This document shows positions 1 through 14,016 of a stretch of 64,000 nt of DNA, one piece after another. Origin of the DNA: Octopus vulgaris. Lineage: Eukaryota. Numbering within the stretch: position 1 is the first letter of the stretch; every line of letters starts with the position of its first letter. The notes beneath the pieces were generated by a model. That model searched no databases, was not told the origin of the DNA, and worked only from the letters and a program-made list of their open reading frames with translations. Made by a program: the position numbers and the translations under genes. The DNA lies in contig OX597819.1 in the NCBI GenBank assembly GCA_951406725.2, positions 122,822,001 to 122,886,000 of the forward strand, read 5' to 3'.

Positions 1-111
1 TTCTCACACTTTTCTCCACATATATCCCATATGGATTCTATTTACATGTAGCTTTAGGCATATTTAGGTATATTTTAGATATATACGTTTATATTTTTTA
101 AAATATTCATA

Positions 112-398
112 GGCGCAGGAGTGGCTGTGTGGTAAGTAGCTTGTTTACCAACCACATGGTTCCGGGTTAAGTAGTGGATTTGGTAGACGGAAACTGAAAG
201 AAGCCCGTCGTATATATGTATATATATATATGTGTGAGTATGTGTTTGTTGGTGTGTTTACGTCCCCGTCACCTAGCGGTTCGGCAAAAGAGACCGACAG
301 AATAAGTACTGGACTTACAAAGAATAAGTCCTGGGGTCGATTTGCTCGACTAAAGGCGGTGCTCCAGCATGGCTGCAGTCAAAAAGAGTAAAAGAGTA
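112..398 (+). mobile_element. SINE family A (tRNA-like head, internal TA/TG microsatellite, (TAAAAGAG)n tail), internally deleted copy
   Basis: Head GGCGCAGGAGTGGCTGTGTGGTAAG...GGTTCCGGGTT and body are shared with many other copies in the window. Confidence 0.9.
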
Positions 399-506
399 TG
401 TCAATAGTATTAAAATATATATACTCATTTAAGTTGAATATGTATGTATAAAAAGTTGATTGCCTAATTTGTGTTTATATTTTAATTCTCATACACACAC
501 ACATAC

Positions 507-558
<52 letters not shown>

Positions 559-948
559 GCATGAGTTGGAGCCAACACGAAAGAGTAGAGAAGGATATTT
601 TTCCGTAATCAATGCAACCTAGTTGACCAGGTTCGCAGGTAATTGGTTATGTAACCGTTTCCCTGCATTATGAGTTTTTGATGTGTTTCATCAACTGCTA
701 TATATATATATAGTTTCTGTGTTCTGTAAACTCAAATGTTCGTCTTCCACTACACCCTTTCTCTCAGTAGTCACTATACAACATACTAGTACCCACTGAC
801 TGCATCGAAATGCGTGGAAACACTTGTAGTGATTACTTACAAATGCTTCCCTGCAATCCTTCTTGTTGACTCCAACTTATTCAGTTCTCCATCCACATAC
901 TACAGAAGCCCAAACGCAGATCTGGTGCTAGGTATGATAGTAATGCTG

Positions 949-988
<40 letters not shown>

Positions 989-1401
989 AGTGAGGGAGTG
1001 CAGAGAGGGAGAAAATGTAGAAAGAAAGAGAAAGAGAGAGTGATTTTAATTTATTAATCGATGTCGATTCACATAAATATTTTCTCCCCCCTCATAAACA
1101 TTCAGAGAAATGTGCTCGTTGAAAAAATGAGGGGTGGGATGGAGAGAGAGATACAGGAAAAAGTAGAGGAGAGAAACATTACGATTTACTAATTGAATGC
1201 TATTAACATAAATACATTGTCTCTCCCCAGACACATAAGCAGAAATATACTAAGAGGGAAGGAGAGAGAGAGAGAGAGAAATAAATGAATAAATAAGGAA
1301 AGTAAGAAAGGGAAATGAAAGAAAAAAGAAAGGGAGAGATAGAGCGTGACAGAGATGCAGAAACAGACATAGAGAGACAGTGGCGAAACAGACGTAGAGA
1401 A

Positions 1402-1570
1402 GGTGGCGAGCTGGCAGAAACGTTAGTACTCCGGGCGAAATGCGTAGCCGTATTTCGTCTTCCGCCGAGGTCAACTTTGCCTTTCATCCTTTCGGGGTCG
1501 ATAAATTAAGTACCAGTTACGCACTGGGGTCGATATAATCGACTTAATCCCTTCGTCTGTTCTTGTTTGT
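1402..1570 (+). mobile_element. SINE family B, partial copy
   Basis: GGTGGCGAGCTGGCAGAAACGTTAG head and GCCTTTCATCCTTTCGGGGTCGATAAATTAAGTACCAG core, repeated throughout the window. Confidence 0.85.
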
Positions 1571-2380
1571 AGATCAAGAAGAAGATGGTTTTATAGTCTC
1601 AGTTGGTCGTACATGGGAATCAAGCTGGAAAATTTAATGACGGTTGGTTCTGATAGAGCTCTAAGGAGGAGGTGAGATGTGTCTAAGGATGTCACTTCCT
1701 GGATCCTACAAAGAATAGTGGGCTCAGGAAATGGATGGATAAAGGGATGGATGGATGGATGGATGGATGTCGGAGCATTACTCTTAAGCAGTTGAACTTC
1801 ACAAAACTACAAAGAGCTAATTCAGATATAAGGATTGTCCATTAATGGATATGTGAAAAGATGCAAAATAATGGAGAAGTTTAAAGGTGTAGATCCACAA
1901 ATAAGCCAAAGCATAAAATCTCACGCTTGTAATGTTATATCTGCATACACGCTTACACGACTACCGAAATTAATAAGAGCCTTGGTTCTGGACTGGAAGT
2001 TAACTCGCTTTTGCAACATATATTTCAAACGATGTACTGCATATGTTCCGATCTATTCGAACCTGAATATGCTAATTGCTGTTGTGTTTTATCACAGGAG
2101 AAGAGCTTCTCTTTTACGAAGAACGTGTTCATATCACATTCTGTCTAATAACGTTAGGAACTCTGGGATATCAGGTTTTTCGATATCGTTATGTTTCGTG
2201 AGTCAAAATCACCCTCGCACCAATGAATCTTATGAGGGTCGATGCTTTTTATAACTTCAGCGAAACCCTTGTTTGCAGCTCCGTCTATATAATAATATTA
2301 AAAATAAAACAGAAGCCCACACATACATATACCAACACATACATACATACATACATACATACATACATACATACATACAT

Positions 2381-2787
2381 GCAAGTTAACTGTAATTATT
2401 GGGCCCTAGGATATGTAACACACTGCCTAAATACCAATCTTGAGAAATTAGGTATCTCAAAACCAGAAAGGAGAAAGCTAATTCGACGACTACAGCTCCA
2501 ATTTCATCATTGGAACTGTAAAAATCTGTAAAACTTTGCAGAAGTTTATCATTTAAATATATGAGCGTGTCTAGATATGCAGCTATATGCATGAGAATAC
2601 ATACATAAAACATACAAATCTGCACATACATGCATAATACATGCATACATATATACATACATTTATGGAAACAAAAATACCCTGTTGTTGATATTGAAAT
2701 TCCAGTGAAGGAGCCTCCGGTCTAGTTTAGAAACCGACTCTTTCTGTATTGACAAGAAATCTTGAAAGAAAACTGAATACTGACATA
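2381..2787 (+). mobile_element. 3' end of an RLE-type (R4/NeSL-group-like) non-LTR retrotransposon inside a (TACA)n tract
   Basis: Frameshifted translation VIIGALGYVTHCLNTNLEKLG...IRRLQLQ.IIGTVKICKTLQKFII* (stop 2554-2556) matches the C-terminal IIVGALG...Q...LGT motif of the Dong-like ORF at 57998-58237; followed by a 3' UTR and flanked by (TACA)n. Confidence 0.7.
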
Positions 2788-2927
2788 ATACATACATACA
2801 TACATACATACATACATACATACATACATACATACATACATACATACATACATACATACATGCATGCATGCATACATACATACATACATACATACATACA
2901 TACATACATACATACATACATACATAC

Positions 2928-3003
2928 AAGGAGCCTTGGATCTAGATTAGAAACCGATTCTTTATTGACAAGAAAGCGGGAAATAAAACTGAATACTGAC
3001 ATA
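2928..3003 (+). mobile_element. Second, heavily 5'-truncated copy of the (TACA)n-associated element
   Basis: AAGGAGCC...TAGAAACCGA...AAAACTGAATACTGACATA is a diverged match to ~2708-2787; TACA repeats on both sides. Confidence 0.7.
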
Positions 3004-4359
3004 CATACATACGTACATACATACACACGTTCGTACAGAAAAGAAATCAATTAACTAGCATGCAGATTACAAATATAAACTGTATGCAAAGCAGTAAAGA
3101 TAGGTACGAATTCTCTCATGTCAAAATCTGACATTGTATTTTCTTTTGTTATCTGACTTCCAATGATGGAGCTTTGTATCTTTGTTACAATCAGCTCTTT
3201 CTTTCCAGAGAGACTTCAAATGATTAGAAACTGAAGATAATGCATACATTCACGCGTACATAGATGCAGCAGCATGTGTATAGGCATGAACACGCATTTA
3301 CATAATACTTTCGGCGCCAATATTTATTTAAAAGTACCTGGTACTCGACCGTATCTAATTTGTTACTGTTTATCAAACGTCATGTTATAATAGCATAAAA
3401 AAAATGGGTGTTACAAAATTAAGAACTTTATCTTCCGAATTGGATGATAAGGAACCAAATGAACTTACTAATAGCTATATGTTTCTAAAATAGATGAGTA
3501 AATAAATCAATAAATAAATCTAAATAAATATCTTGATAAATTTAGATTGGCTTTGAAGTGAATTAAAGAAAGTAACTCGTAATTGGATCGTTGCTGAGAA
3601 GAAAACAAACTCTAACCTTGGACTGATTGGTAGCGAATCAAGAGAATATGGTTGTTCCAGAGAAATAATCATAATTCTCTTGAAGATTATTTTTTTTTTT
3701 TTTTTGTATTTTAATATTGTTTCACTGAAAACAAAAATATAGACACAAACACAAACACACACGCGCACACATACACACAGAAAAAAATTATCCAACGCTG
3801 AAGTACTATCGATTTATTTATATCCGCCATTAATATAGCTTCTCTTAGTGATACTGTCATTATGTTGTTGTAGTTATATTGCGCTTAGTGATGTTATAGC
3901 GTTGTTTTTGATGTGATAGTGTTGTTTTTATTTTAGTATAATGCTGGTATCGTAAATGCGCCGATTTGTTTCAAGTTCTGTAGTGCCGTGTTTCATTTTA
4001 CTTTGGTGTTCTTGGTGACTTTGCGAACTTGTTAAAGATACATATTATTAATGTTGTAATGTGATGGCTGCTGTTGTTGTTGTCGTTGTTGTTGGTGTTG
4101 TTGTTGAGATGTCGTAGATAATGGGGTTGTCTTTATTTGCTGTGGGAATATGATTTTTTTTTTGTGTATGTGTGTGTGTGAATAATATGGAATGTATAAA
4201 GGATGCGAAACGAAATCTATGTAAAAAAAAAAAAATGCACACACACACATACGAAAAAAATAATAAACAAACAATTGTTTTATTGTAATCGAGAGAGGAG
4301 AATGTTGCTTCGGAAGTGATGTTCCTGTCATCACAAATGTCAGGTGTAAGAATTATTGA

Positions 4360-4419
<60 letters not shown>

Positions 4420-4428
4420 GCTGCTGTT

Positions 4429-4493
<65 letters not shown>

Positions 4494-4500
4494 GCTGCTG

Positions 4501-4537
<37 letters not shown>

Positions 4538-4587
4538 GCTGCTGTACTACTACTACTACTACTGCAGCTATACTACTGCTGCCTCTG

Positions 4588-4620
<33 letters not shown>

Positions 4621-4705
4621 ATACTTCTGCCGCTATACTACTGCTGCTTCTGCCACTACTACTGCTGCTACAACTACTAATACTACTGCAGCTACTACTA
4701 CCACC

Positions 4706-4787
<82 letters not shown>

Positions 4788-4989
4788 CTGCTGCTTCTGC
4801 TGCTGCTACTACTACTACTACTACTACTACTACTGCTATACTACTGCTGCCTCTGCTACTACTACTGCTGCTACTACTACTACTACTACTAATACTACTG
4901 CAGCTATACTACTGCTGCTTCTGCCACTACTACTGCTGCTGCTACAACTACTACTACTACTACTGTAGCTACTACTAGCACCACCACCA

Positions 4990-5038
<49 letters not shown>

Positions 5039-5105
5039 AACTAACACTGCTGCTGCTGCTACTGCCGCTACTGATACTGCTGCTGTAGTTGCCGCTGCTA
5101 CCGCG
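4360..5105. repeat. Compound trinucleotide microsatellite (CTA/CTG/CCA)n
   Basis: Seen directly; explains the poly-L/Y/T/S/V ORFs here. Confidence 0.95.
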
Positions 5106-5873
5106 ACTGCATGAAACATCGTTCTCCTGCATGTCATTATTTCTATTTTACTTTTTTGCTACATGTTGAGTGCATAGTCGCTACATTCACAAAGCGATTG
5201 ATGCCTAAATATCGAAATGCTACATTAATAACGTGTACCACACACACACACAACATCTGAGATCAGAATTTTTATTCATCGTTTATCCATTTATTCATTA
5301 ATTCATTTATGCATTCTCTTGTTGTTAGTCTCTTATGATACGGGCAATTTCTGTGTTCATTTAGAAAGTGTAATTGATTTTTATTAATTTATTATTACAT
5401 TTTTAGTGTGTTTTGTCTTGAAATATCATAAATAGTAAGTAATGGCTTCCAATATTATTGATCACAGTTTGTTTCCTATTCTGCTTTCTTGCCTTTTTCT
5501 TAACTTTTCACCTACCAGAATCAGATTCTAGGAAGAAAATCAAAGATTATTATTCAAAGATTATTATTGCTTCATTGCTAAGCAATTATTTTCACCGTCA
5601 TTGAGGGAAAGACGCTATTCACGGATGTGCAGACGATCCCTGTAATCAAGTTAATGCTGACATCATGGCGGAATCCATTGTTTAACATAAAGAAAACGTC
5701 CTTTGTTTTATTTCCGTGCAACGCTTTCAACTTTCTTTCTCATTTCTCATATAGGGTTTCTTATTTGCTCATCTTTTTATTAATAGTTTTCTTGCATTAA
5801 ACAAGGTGACTTTTATTTCTGCACTTAAAGAAAAATGGCCAACACTATCTGCACGTCACGAGTTGAAGTGCTG

Positions 5874-6803
<930 letters not shown>

Positions 6804-6999
6804 GTATATATATATATACACATATATATATCATATATATTTACATATGCGCGAGCGCCCACACATACACACACACATATGCATGCATACATGTTCTAAT
6901 GTCGCACATATTTACATATGCAGATCTCTCTCTCTCTCTCTCTCTCTCTATCGGTCTGTCTATCTCTCTCTCTCTATCTATCTATCTATCTGTCTATCT

Positions 7000-7054
<55 letters not shown>

Positions 7055-7121
7055 TTTATTTTATAGAAGGAGCTTCTACAGGACTAGAACTGTTTCATTC
7101 AAAAGAAATCATACATGTCTG

Positions 7122-7163
<42 letters not shown>

Positions 7164-7456
7164 TACACGCGCACAAATATACGCTGTTACATGCAAATAT
7201 TTACATATAGATATGAAGATTATTAAAGAACGTGAGAATTCGTAAAGAAGACAAGACGCAGAATACCTAATTGGCTGACATCTTTTGCCGTTACTTAAAG
7301 TTTTATGAATGATTGATCTGTGAGGCAGCCATGTTGATTATAGGCCACATTAGCCGTCTCATTGATCAAATAATTGTGAAATGTTAGGTAATAACATATG
7401 ACATCAACGTAATATCTATCTATTTATCAATCTATCTATCCATTATCTATCTATCA

Positions 7457-7512
<56 letters not shown>

Positions 7513-7884
7513 GTCTGTTTGTCTGTCTGTCTGCCTGTTTGCCTTTCTCTCTTCCAAACCACATGGTTCTGAGTTCTGTCCCACTGCGTCTCACCTTGGG
7601 CAAGTGTGTTCTACTATGGCCTCAGGCCGACCAAAGCTTTGTGGGTGGATTTGGTAGACGGAAACTGGAAAAAGCCCGTCGTTTTATTTCCGCTGAGCCC
7701 TTGGTAAAATCATTAATGATTTTTACCTTTATTATAATATATTTCTATATATATATAAGTTGCATTTAAAGTTTAGGTAGGAGGCCTTAAGGTGTAGTAT
7801 CGAGACCTTGGTAAAGGAATGTCCGTTGTAGTGGGCCTGCAAAGCACGTTCACCACTTGCGGTTTCCAGGGTAGTGCACTTTCG

Positions 7885-7915
<31 letters not shown>

Positions 7916-8503
7916 ATGTGTGTGTGAATGCATATATGTTATATGTGTACACATACGTATACATAAAAATAGTTATGCATTGATACATACATGCATGCAT
8001 ACGTTCTTGCACGCGTGCAAATATACGTACATGCGTATAGTAGATTTGTCGAAAGCGACTGTTTTGGAAACCAGCCAATCTGAGCTCGAACTTCAGTAGA
8101 AAATTTGCATACAAAATGGAAGCATTTTAGCGCCTGACACAGAATATACATAATTATAAGCATTGCTTATACGTGTTGACCACTAAGTTTAACTAAAATG
8201 ATTTAATTATGTTTTATAATTTATTTTATAATCAAAACACAATATGATTCATTAGCTGATTAAATAATTGTTTCATAAACATAAACAACAGAAAACTTTG
8301 TTTTAATTACCGTTAATAATGTACCTATTAGTGTTGTTTACATGTGATTATTTTTAAATATGAATTAAATTGAATTAACTGACTGTTAACGAGGCCACTA
8401 TGAAAATTGAATATCGTAGCAGTTTTAAAATCGTCCAGGAGTGGAGGTGGGAATGTTAGATGGGTATTTCTGCTTGGGTGGTGGGGGATGTTCTTTGTGA
8501 GTA

Positions 8504-8910
8504 AGCGCAGGAGTGGCTGTGTGGTAAGTAACTTGCTTACCAACCACATGGTTCCGGGTTCAGTCCCACTGCGTGGCATCTTGGGCAAGTGTCTTCTACT
8601 ACAGCCTCGGGCCGACAAAAGCCTTGTCAGTGGATTTGGTAGACGGAAACTGAAAGAAGCCCGTCGTATATATGTATATTTATATATATGTGTGTGTATG
8701 TTTGTATGTATGTTTGTCCCCCTAGCATTGCTTGACAACCGATGCTGGTGTGTTTACGTCACCGTTACTTAGCGGTTCAGCAAAAGAGACCGATAGAATA
8801 AGTCCCGGGGTCGATTTGCTCGACTAAAAGGCGGTGCTCCAGCATGGCCGCAGTCAAATGACTGAAACAAGTAAAAGAGTAAAAGAGTAAAAGAGTAAAA
8901 GAGTAAAGAG
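8504..8910 (+). mobile_element. SINE family A, near full length
   Basis: Complete head, internal microsatellite and GACTGAAACAAG(TAAAAGAG)n tail. Confidence 0.92.
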
Positions 8911-9239
8911 TATGTAGATACTGGTAACAGTATGTTATGACAAAATCCGTTGTCATTGGTATGGAAAAATAGCAATTTGAAATATCCCTGATGCTGCAAT
9001 TGGCTGGCCGGATGAATAATAATTTGTTATGTGGAACAGATGATGTATTTCCATTGAATACGATAAACGGATTGCTATTCTAAACGAATACTGGTTCTGG
9101 TGCACATAAATACTGTTCAGTTTTGATTTAGGTTATAAACGTAATTAACCCATATTAACCCACTGTCCTCGTTGAGGACAGTTGTATTTGGTTTGTTTAC
9201 TGCAAGAAATTTTAACTAGATGCTTCCGTACGTTATACC

Positions 9240-9653
9240 TATTTCTTTACTACCCACAAGGGGCTAACACAGAGGGGACAAGCAAGGACAGACAAACGGA
9301 TTAAGTCGGTTACATCGACCACTGTACGTAACTGGTACTTATTTAATTGACTCCGAAAGGATGAAAGGCAAAGTCGACCTCGGCGGAATTTGAACTCAGA
9401 ACGTAACGGCAGACGAAATACCTATTTCTTTACTACCCACAAGGGGCTAACACAGAGGGGACAAGCAAGGACAGACAAACGGATTAAGTCGATTACATCG
9501 ACCCCAGTGCATAACTGGTACTTATTTAATTGACTCCGAAAGGTTTAAAAAGCAAAGTCGACCTCGGCGGAATTTGAACTCAGAACGTAACGGCAGACGA
9601 AATACCGCTAAGCAATTCGCCCGGCGTGCTAACGTTCCTGCCAGCTCGCCGCC
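9240..9653 (-). mobile_element. SINE family B dimer (Tx1-type tail)
   Basis: Two units joined at 9422/9423; imperfect TSD TTCCGTACGTTATACC (9224-9239) / TTCCGTATGTAAATGCC (9654-9670). Confidence 0.9.
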
Positions 9654-9966
9654 TTCCGTATGTAAATGCCTATTTACGCAACTATCTTCAAAATTTCGAC
9701 ACGTTAAAATTTCGACGGGTGAAAATGGGTTAAGACATCCAAGACCACTTAACATTCTCATTCGGAAGCTGAGAAATATTTTTACAGCTGAATATTAGTC
9801 ATCTACTTAATGTATATTTATAACTGGCAAACAGGAGATTTTATACCTATTGTTCTTGTCACTGATTCCAGATGAGGTGAGGTCGAATACATGCCTCGTC
9901 AAAGACATTCCAGCTTTAATTATCCCGTTTTTTATTATGTAAAATTTGTATGATAATTATACACAA

Positions 9967-10442
9967 CTAGCACTATGACCCGGCAACGCCGGGTCATAGT
10001 GCATGCATATACATAGTGCATGCATATACATAGTGCATGCATATACATAGTGCATGCATATACATAATGCATGCATATACATAGTGCATGCATATACATA
10101 GTGCATGCATATACAGCTGCGTGCGTGTGCACATACACGCGAGTATTGTCGAAATCTCCGACCAATCACATACAGCTAGCTGGCATTCAATTAACGTATC
10201 AAGTTTCGGGCAATTTGGATTGGGTTTTGGATAGAAAATTCACAAAAAGTCACTTCTATTGATTTTTTAATGGCTTTGCGGAGTGACTGGGGAAATGTAA
10301 AGATATGCACGACCACCCTTGGGCGGTTTTAAATGACCATAGAGAGTGCGAGCCCTCTAACTGAAAAATTGTGGATTTGTATAAAGGACACGCACACACA
10401 CACACACACACACAGACATTTTGCGGTTTATATATAGAGAGA
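9967..10442 (-). mobile_element. Non-autonomous Helitron
   Basis: On the minus strand it starts TC(TCTCTATATATAAA), ends with hairpin GCACTATGACCCGGC-gtt-GCCGGGTCATAGTGC then CTAG, lies between A and T, and has no TSD. Confidence 0.8.
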
Positions 10443-11429
10443 TTATCTTTAAATTTCTATGTCTAATGTTTTGATCTAGAATGTGCAATGCACGTTAGTT
10501 CATCTTCACTTTAAGGCCACGTTTTGTATGGAATTAAAAACTTCAACAGATAATTCCTTTTATAGTAAGATACTCATCCCTTATTTTGCAAGAAAATTTA
10601 TAATTTACGAGTGGTCAATTAAAAGTAAAATAGATTTAATATATATCTTTTTATCTTTTACTGGCCTCGATCATTAGACTGCAGCCATGCTGGGATACCA
10701 CCTTGAAGGACTTTTTTTAAATGAATGAATTGATCCCCGGTACTAATTACCCCATTAAACCTGGTATATATTCTGTCGGTCTCTTTCACCGAACCACAAA
10801 GTTACGGGGACATAAACATAGCAGCATCGGCTGCAAGTGGTGGTGAGGAACAAACACACACGCACCCCTCCACATACACATACACACATATTTATATGGT
10901 ACTCAACTGACGTGCCAGTTAATCGGATATTTAACACACCCCTTTGAAGGATTTCTTTTACTCAATTTGTTACTTTACACACAGGCACACATACATACAG
11001 AGTTATATATATATATGATGGACTTCTTTTAGTTTCCGCCTACCAAATACACTTTGGCCGGCTAGAAGAAATTTGCCCAAGATGCCACGCCGTTGGACTG
11101 GATTAGGATCCATGTGGCTGGAAAGGAAACTTCTGACCACAGAACCACCCCTGCATCTATTCATTTCAAACCCAAAACTATAAAACATTAGCCAAAGCAA
11201 CTGACATATTGAATAGGGATATCCTGTACATATTTACATAGAAGAAAATTCATGAGAAATTAAAAATCGATGCAAAAAGAATTATCCATGATATTTGATA
11301 CTTACATTAAGTGTAATTTCATCTCTTTTCCTTCTGTGTAATTTAAAGAAAATTTGTCTTATTGGTCGAGCAACGATATACATACATACATACATACATA
11401 CATACATACATACTTACATACATAAATAT

Positions 11430-11489
<60 letters not shown>

Positions 11490-11492
<3 letters not shown>

Positions 11493-11893
11493 CTGTGTGG
11501 TAAGTAGCTTGCTAACCAACCACATGGTTCCGGATTCAGTCCCACTGCGTGGCATCTTGGGCAAGTGTCTTCTGCTATAGCCTCGGACCGACCAATGCCT
11601 TGTGAGTGGATTTGGTAGACGGAAACTGAAAGAAGCCTGTCGTTTATATGTATATATATATATGTATGTGTGTGTATATGTTTGTGTGTCTGTGTTTGTC
11701 CCCCTAGCATTACTTGACAACCGATGCTGGTGTGTTTACGTCCCCGTCACTTAGCAGTTCGGCAAAAGAGACCGATAGAATAAGTACTGGGCTTACAAAG
11801 AATAAGTCCCGGGGTCGATTTGCTCGATCTAAAGGCGGTGCTCCAGCATGGCCGCAGTCAAATGGCTGAAACAAGTAAAAGAGTATAAAGAGT
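11490..11893 (+). mobile_element. SINE family A
   Basis: Matches the other A copies. Confidence 0.92.
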
Positions 11894-12771
11894 ATATAGA
11901 GTATATATATATATATCTTTAGCTCTATTATGCTTAAAATATGCAGCTAATTACCATAGGAAATTGAAGGCGAGGAAGATAAAATATAAGCTGTTAAACA
12001 AGATAAGTCTTTTAGTCCAATATAGACTACAAACATGTGATATCTGAGTCCTCTGATGTACATGTCAGAAATATAATGTGACTAAAATTTAATGAGTGAC
12101 TATATTAGTCGAACGAATGAAAAATATTTCAGTTAAACATTACAATGAGCTATATATGTTTTCACGATAATAGAAGTGAAAATTATTATTCAATTAAGCA
12201 CTTAAACTTGACAGAAGTAATCAATATCCAGATTATATTTATTACCCCACAGAATTAGTAACAAATTTTCATGACAAAATTCTAGCATCTCTGTAACTTT
12301 TGAATTCCTCTGAGATGATATTAGGAGAGTTCCCTTTTTCAGGTGATGGCAGTAAACGTGATGTGACACCTCAATAATTATAATTTTACATTGGAAACGG
12401 AAATAGATAAATAAAGTATCGAAGGAAGTTTTAAGATAAGCTCGCATCTGTTATTGTAATGTACTGCTAGTGTTACCGATTACATAGAATTCCATTCTTG
12501 CTTCTACTGTAGAACAGAAAGTGGCCGTGGTAAACAGACCACTACTACTACTACTAGGTCCAGTGTTTCGATTCTTTATCAAAGACGTTCTTAACCTCAC
12601 ATACGTCGTAATCACATTTGATAACGATGTTAACATCAAAACAGCAATGAATTACTTTCACCCGAAACCAACACGGAGGGCCTCTAACTAGACACTCGAC
12701 GTGCTAGAACTGACAGCCAAATCTTACTTAAATATATTTTGTAGCTTTATTTATAATCTGGTATAGGGCAT

Positions 12772-13175
12772 ACTCTTTTACTCTTTTTACTCTTTTACTT
12801 GTTTCAGTCATTTGACTGCGGCCATGCTGGAGCACCGCCTTTAGTCAAGCAAATCGACCCCGGGACTTTTTCTTTGTAAGCCCAGTACTTATTCTATCGG
12901 TCTCTTTTGCCGAACCGCTAAGTGACGGGGACGTAAACACACTAGCATCGGTTGTCAAGCAATGCTAGGGGGACAAACACACACACACAAAACACACACA
13001 CACATACACACACACATATATATATATATACATATATACGATAGGCTTCTTTCAGTTTCCGTCTACCAAATCCACTCACAAGGCATTGGTCGGCCCGGGG
13101 CTATAGCAGAAGACACTTGCCCAAGATGCCACGCAGTGGGACTGCACCCAGAACCATGTGGTTGGTTAGCAAGTA
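12772..13175 (-). mobile_element. SINE family A
   Basis: Reverse-complement match including the (CTCTTTTA)n tail. Confidence 0.92.
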
Positions 13176-13361
13176 TTAAGTAATATTGTTTTAAATACAC
13201 AACGTCTGACTAAAATACGTGGCTTGAACCATTTTCGTTATATGTGTCCTTAATCAAGGGTGACCTAGAATTATAACAAACAAAACACCTACTTATTCTC
13301 TTGAGGTACAAAGAATACAGCTAAATTCATTGCTTATTAAAATTTGAAACAAATAATATTT

Positions 13362-13572
13362 TCTACAATAGGAACAAAGCCTGAAATGCTTTTGGTGGGC
13401 ATGTAAATCGATTACATCCACCCCAGTGCTCATCTGGTACTTATTTTTATTGACCCTCAAACAATGAAAGGTAAAGTCAACCTCGGTGGATTTTGAACTC
13501 AGAACGTAAAGACGGACAAAATGCTGCTAAGAATTTTTGCTCGCTGTGTTAACGATTCTGCCAGCTCGCCAT
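13362..13572 (-). mobile_element. SINE family B, older subfamily with the alternative tail
   Basis: Diverged B head and core. Confidence 0.75.
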
Positions 13573-13702
13573 CTTCAAATTTTGACACTAATAAAAAACA
13601 TACATGCATACACACATATTTATGTGTGTGTGAGTTTATGTGTGTGTGTGTGTGTGTGCGTGTGTGTGTATTTTGTGTATTTATCATTACTTGTATCGAT
13701 AA

Positions 13703-14016
13703 CGTGGAGGTGCAATGGCCTAGTGGTTAGGGCAGCAGACTTGCGGTCGGAGGATCGCAGTTTCGATTCTCAGACCGGGCGTTGTGAGTGTTTATTGAGC
13801 GAAAACACCTAAGAGCTCCACGAGACTCCGGCAGGGAGTGGTGGAGATCCCTGCTGTAATCTTTCGCCACAACTTTCTCTCACTCTTTCTACTGTTGGCC
13901 TGCTCGCTTAGCCAGCGGGGTGGCGTCATTTGACGGCTAAAACAATGCGAAGCGCATTGTGACCAGCGATGTGTAGCAACATCTGATAGCCTGGTCGGTC
14001 ACAGTGATCACGGTGA
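13703..14016 (+). mobile_element. SINE family C (tRNA-derived, OR-like), tail type 1
   Basis: A box TGGCCTAGTGG, B-box-like GTTTCGATTC; TSD TATCGATAA at 13694-13702 and 14017-14025. Confidence 0.9.

Noticed and set aside
1835-2254. 139-aa ORF as a single-exon gene
   Set aside because: It has a non-ATG start in the track and no recognisable motif; only the internal candidate exon was kept, at low interest.
4316-5137. Homopolymeric ORFs (poly-L/Y/T/S/V), also at 38541-39415, 56716-57173 and 61927-62212
   Set aside because: They are stop-free trinucleotide microsatellites with no coding evidence.
8328-8772. Recurring ORFs such as RRASFSFRLPNPLTRL and MKGKVDLGGI
   Set aside because: They are translations of SINE A and B copies, not a protein family.
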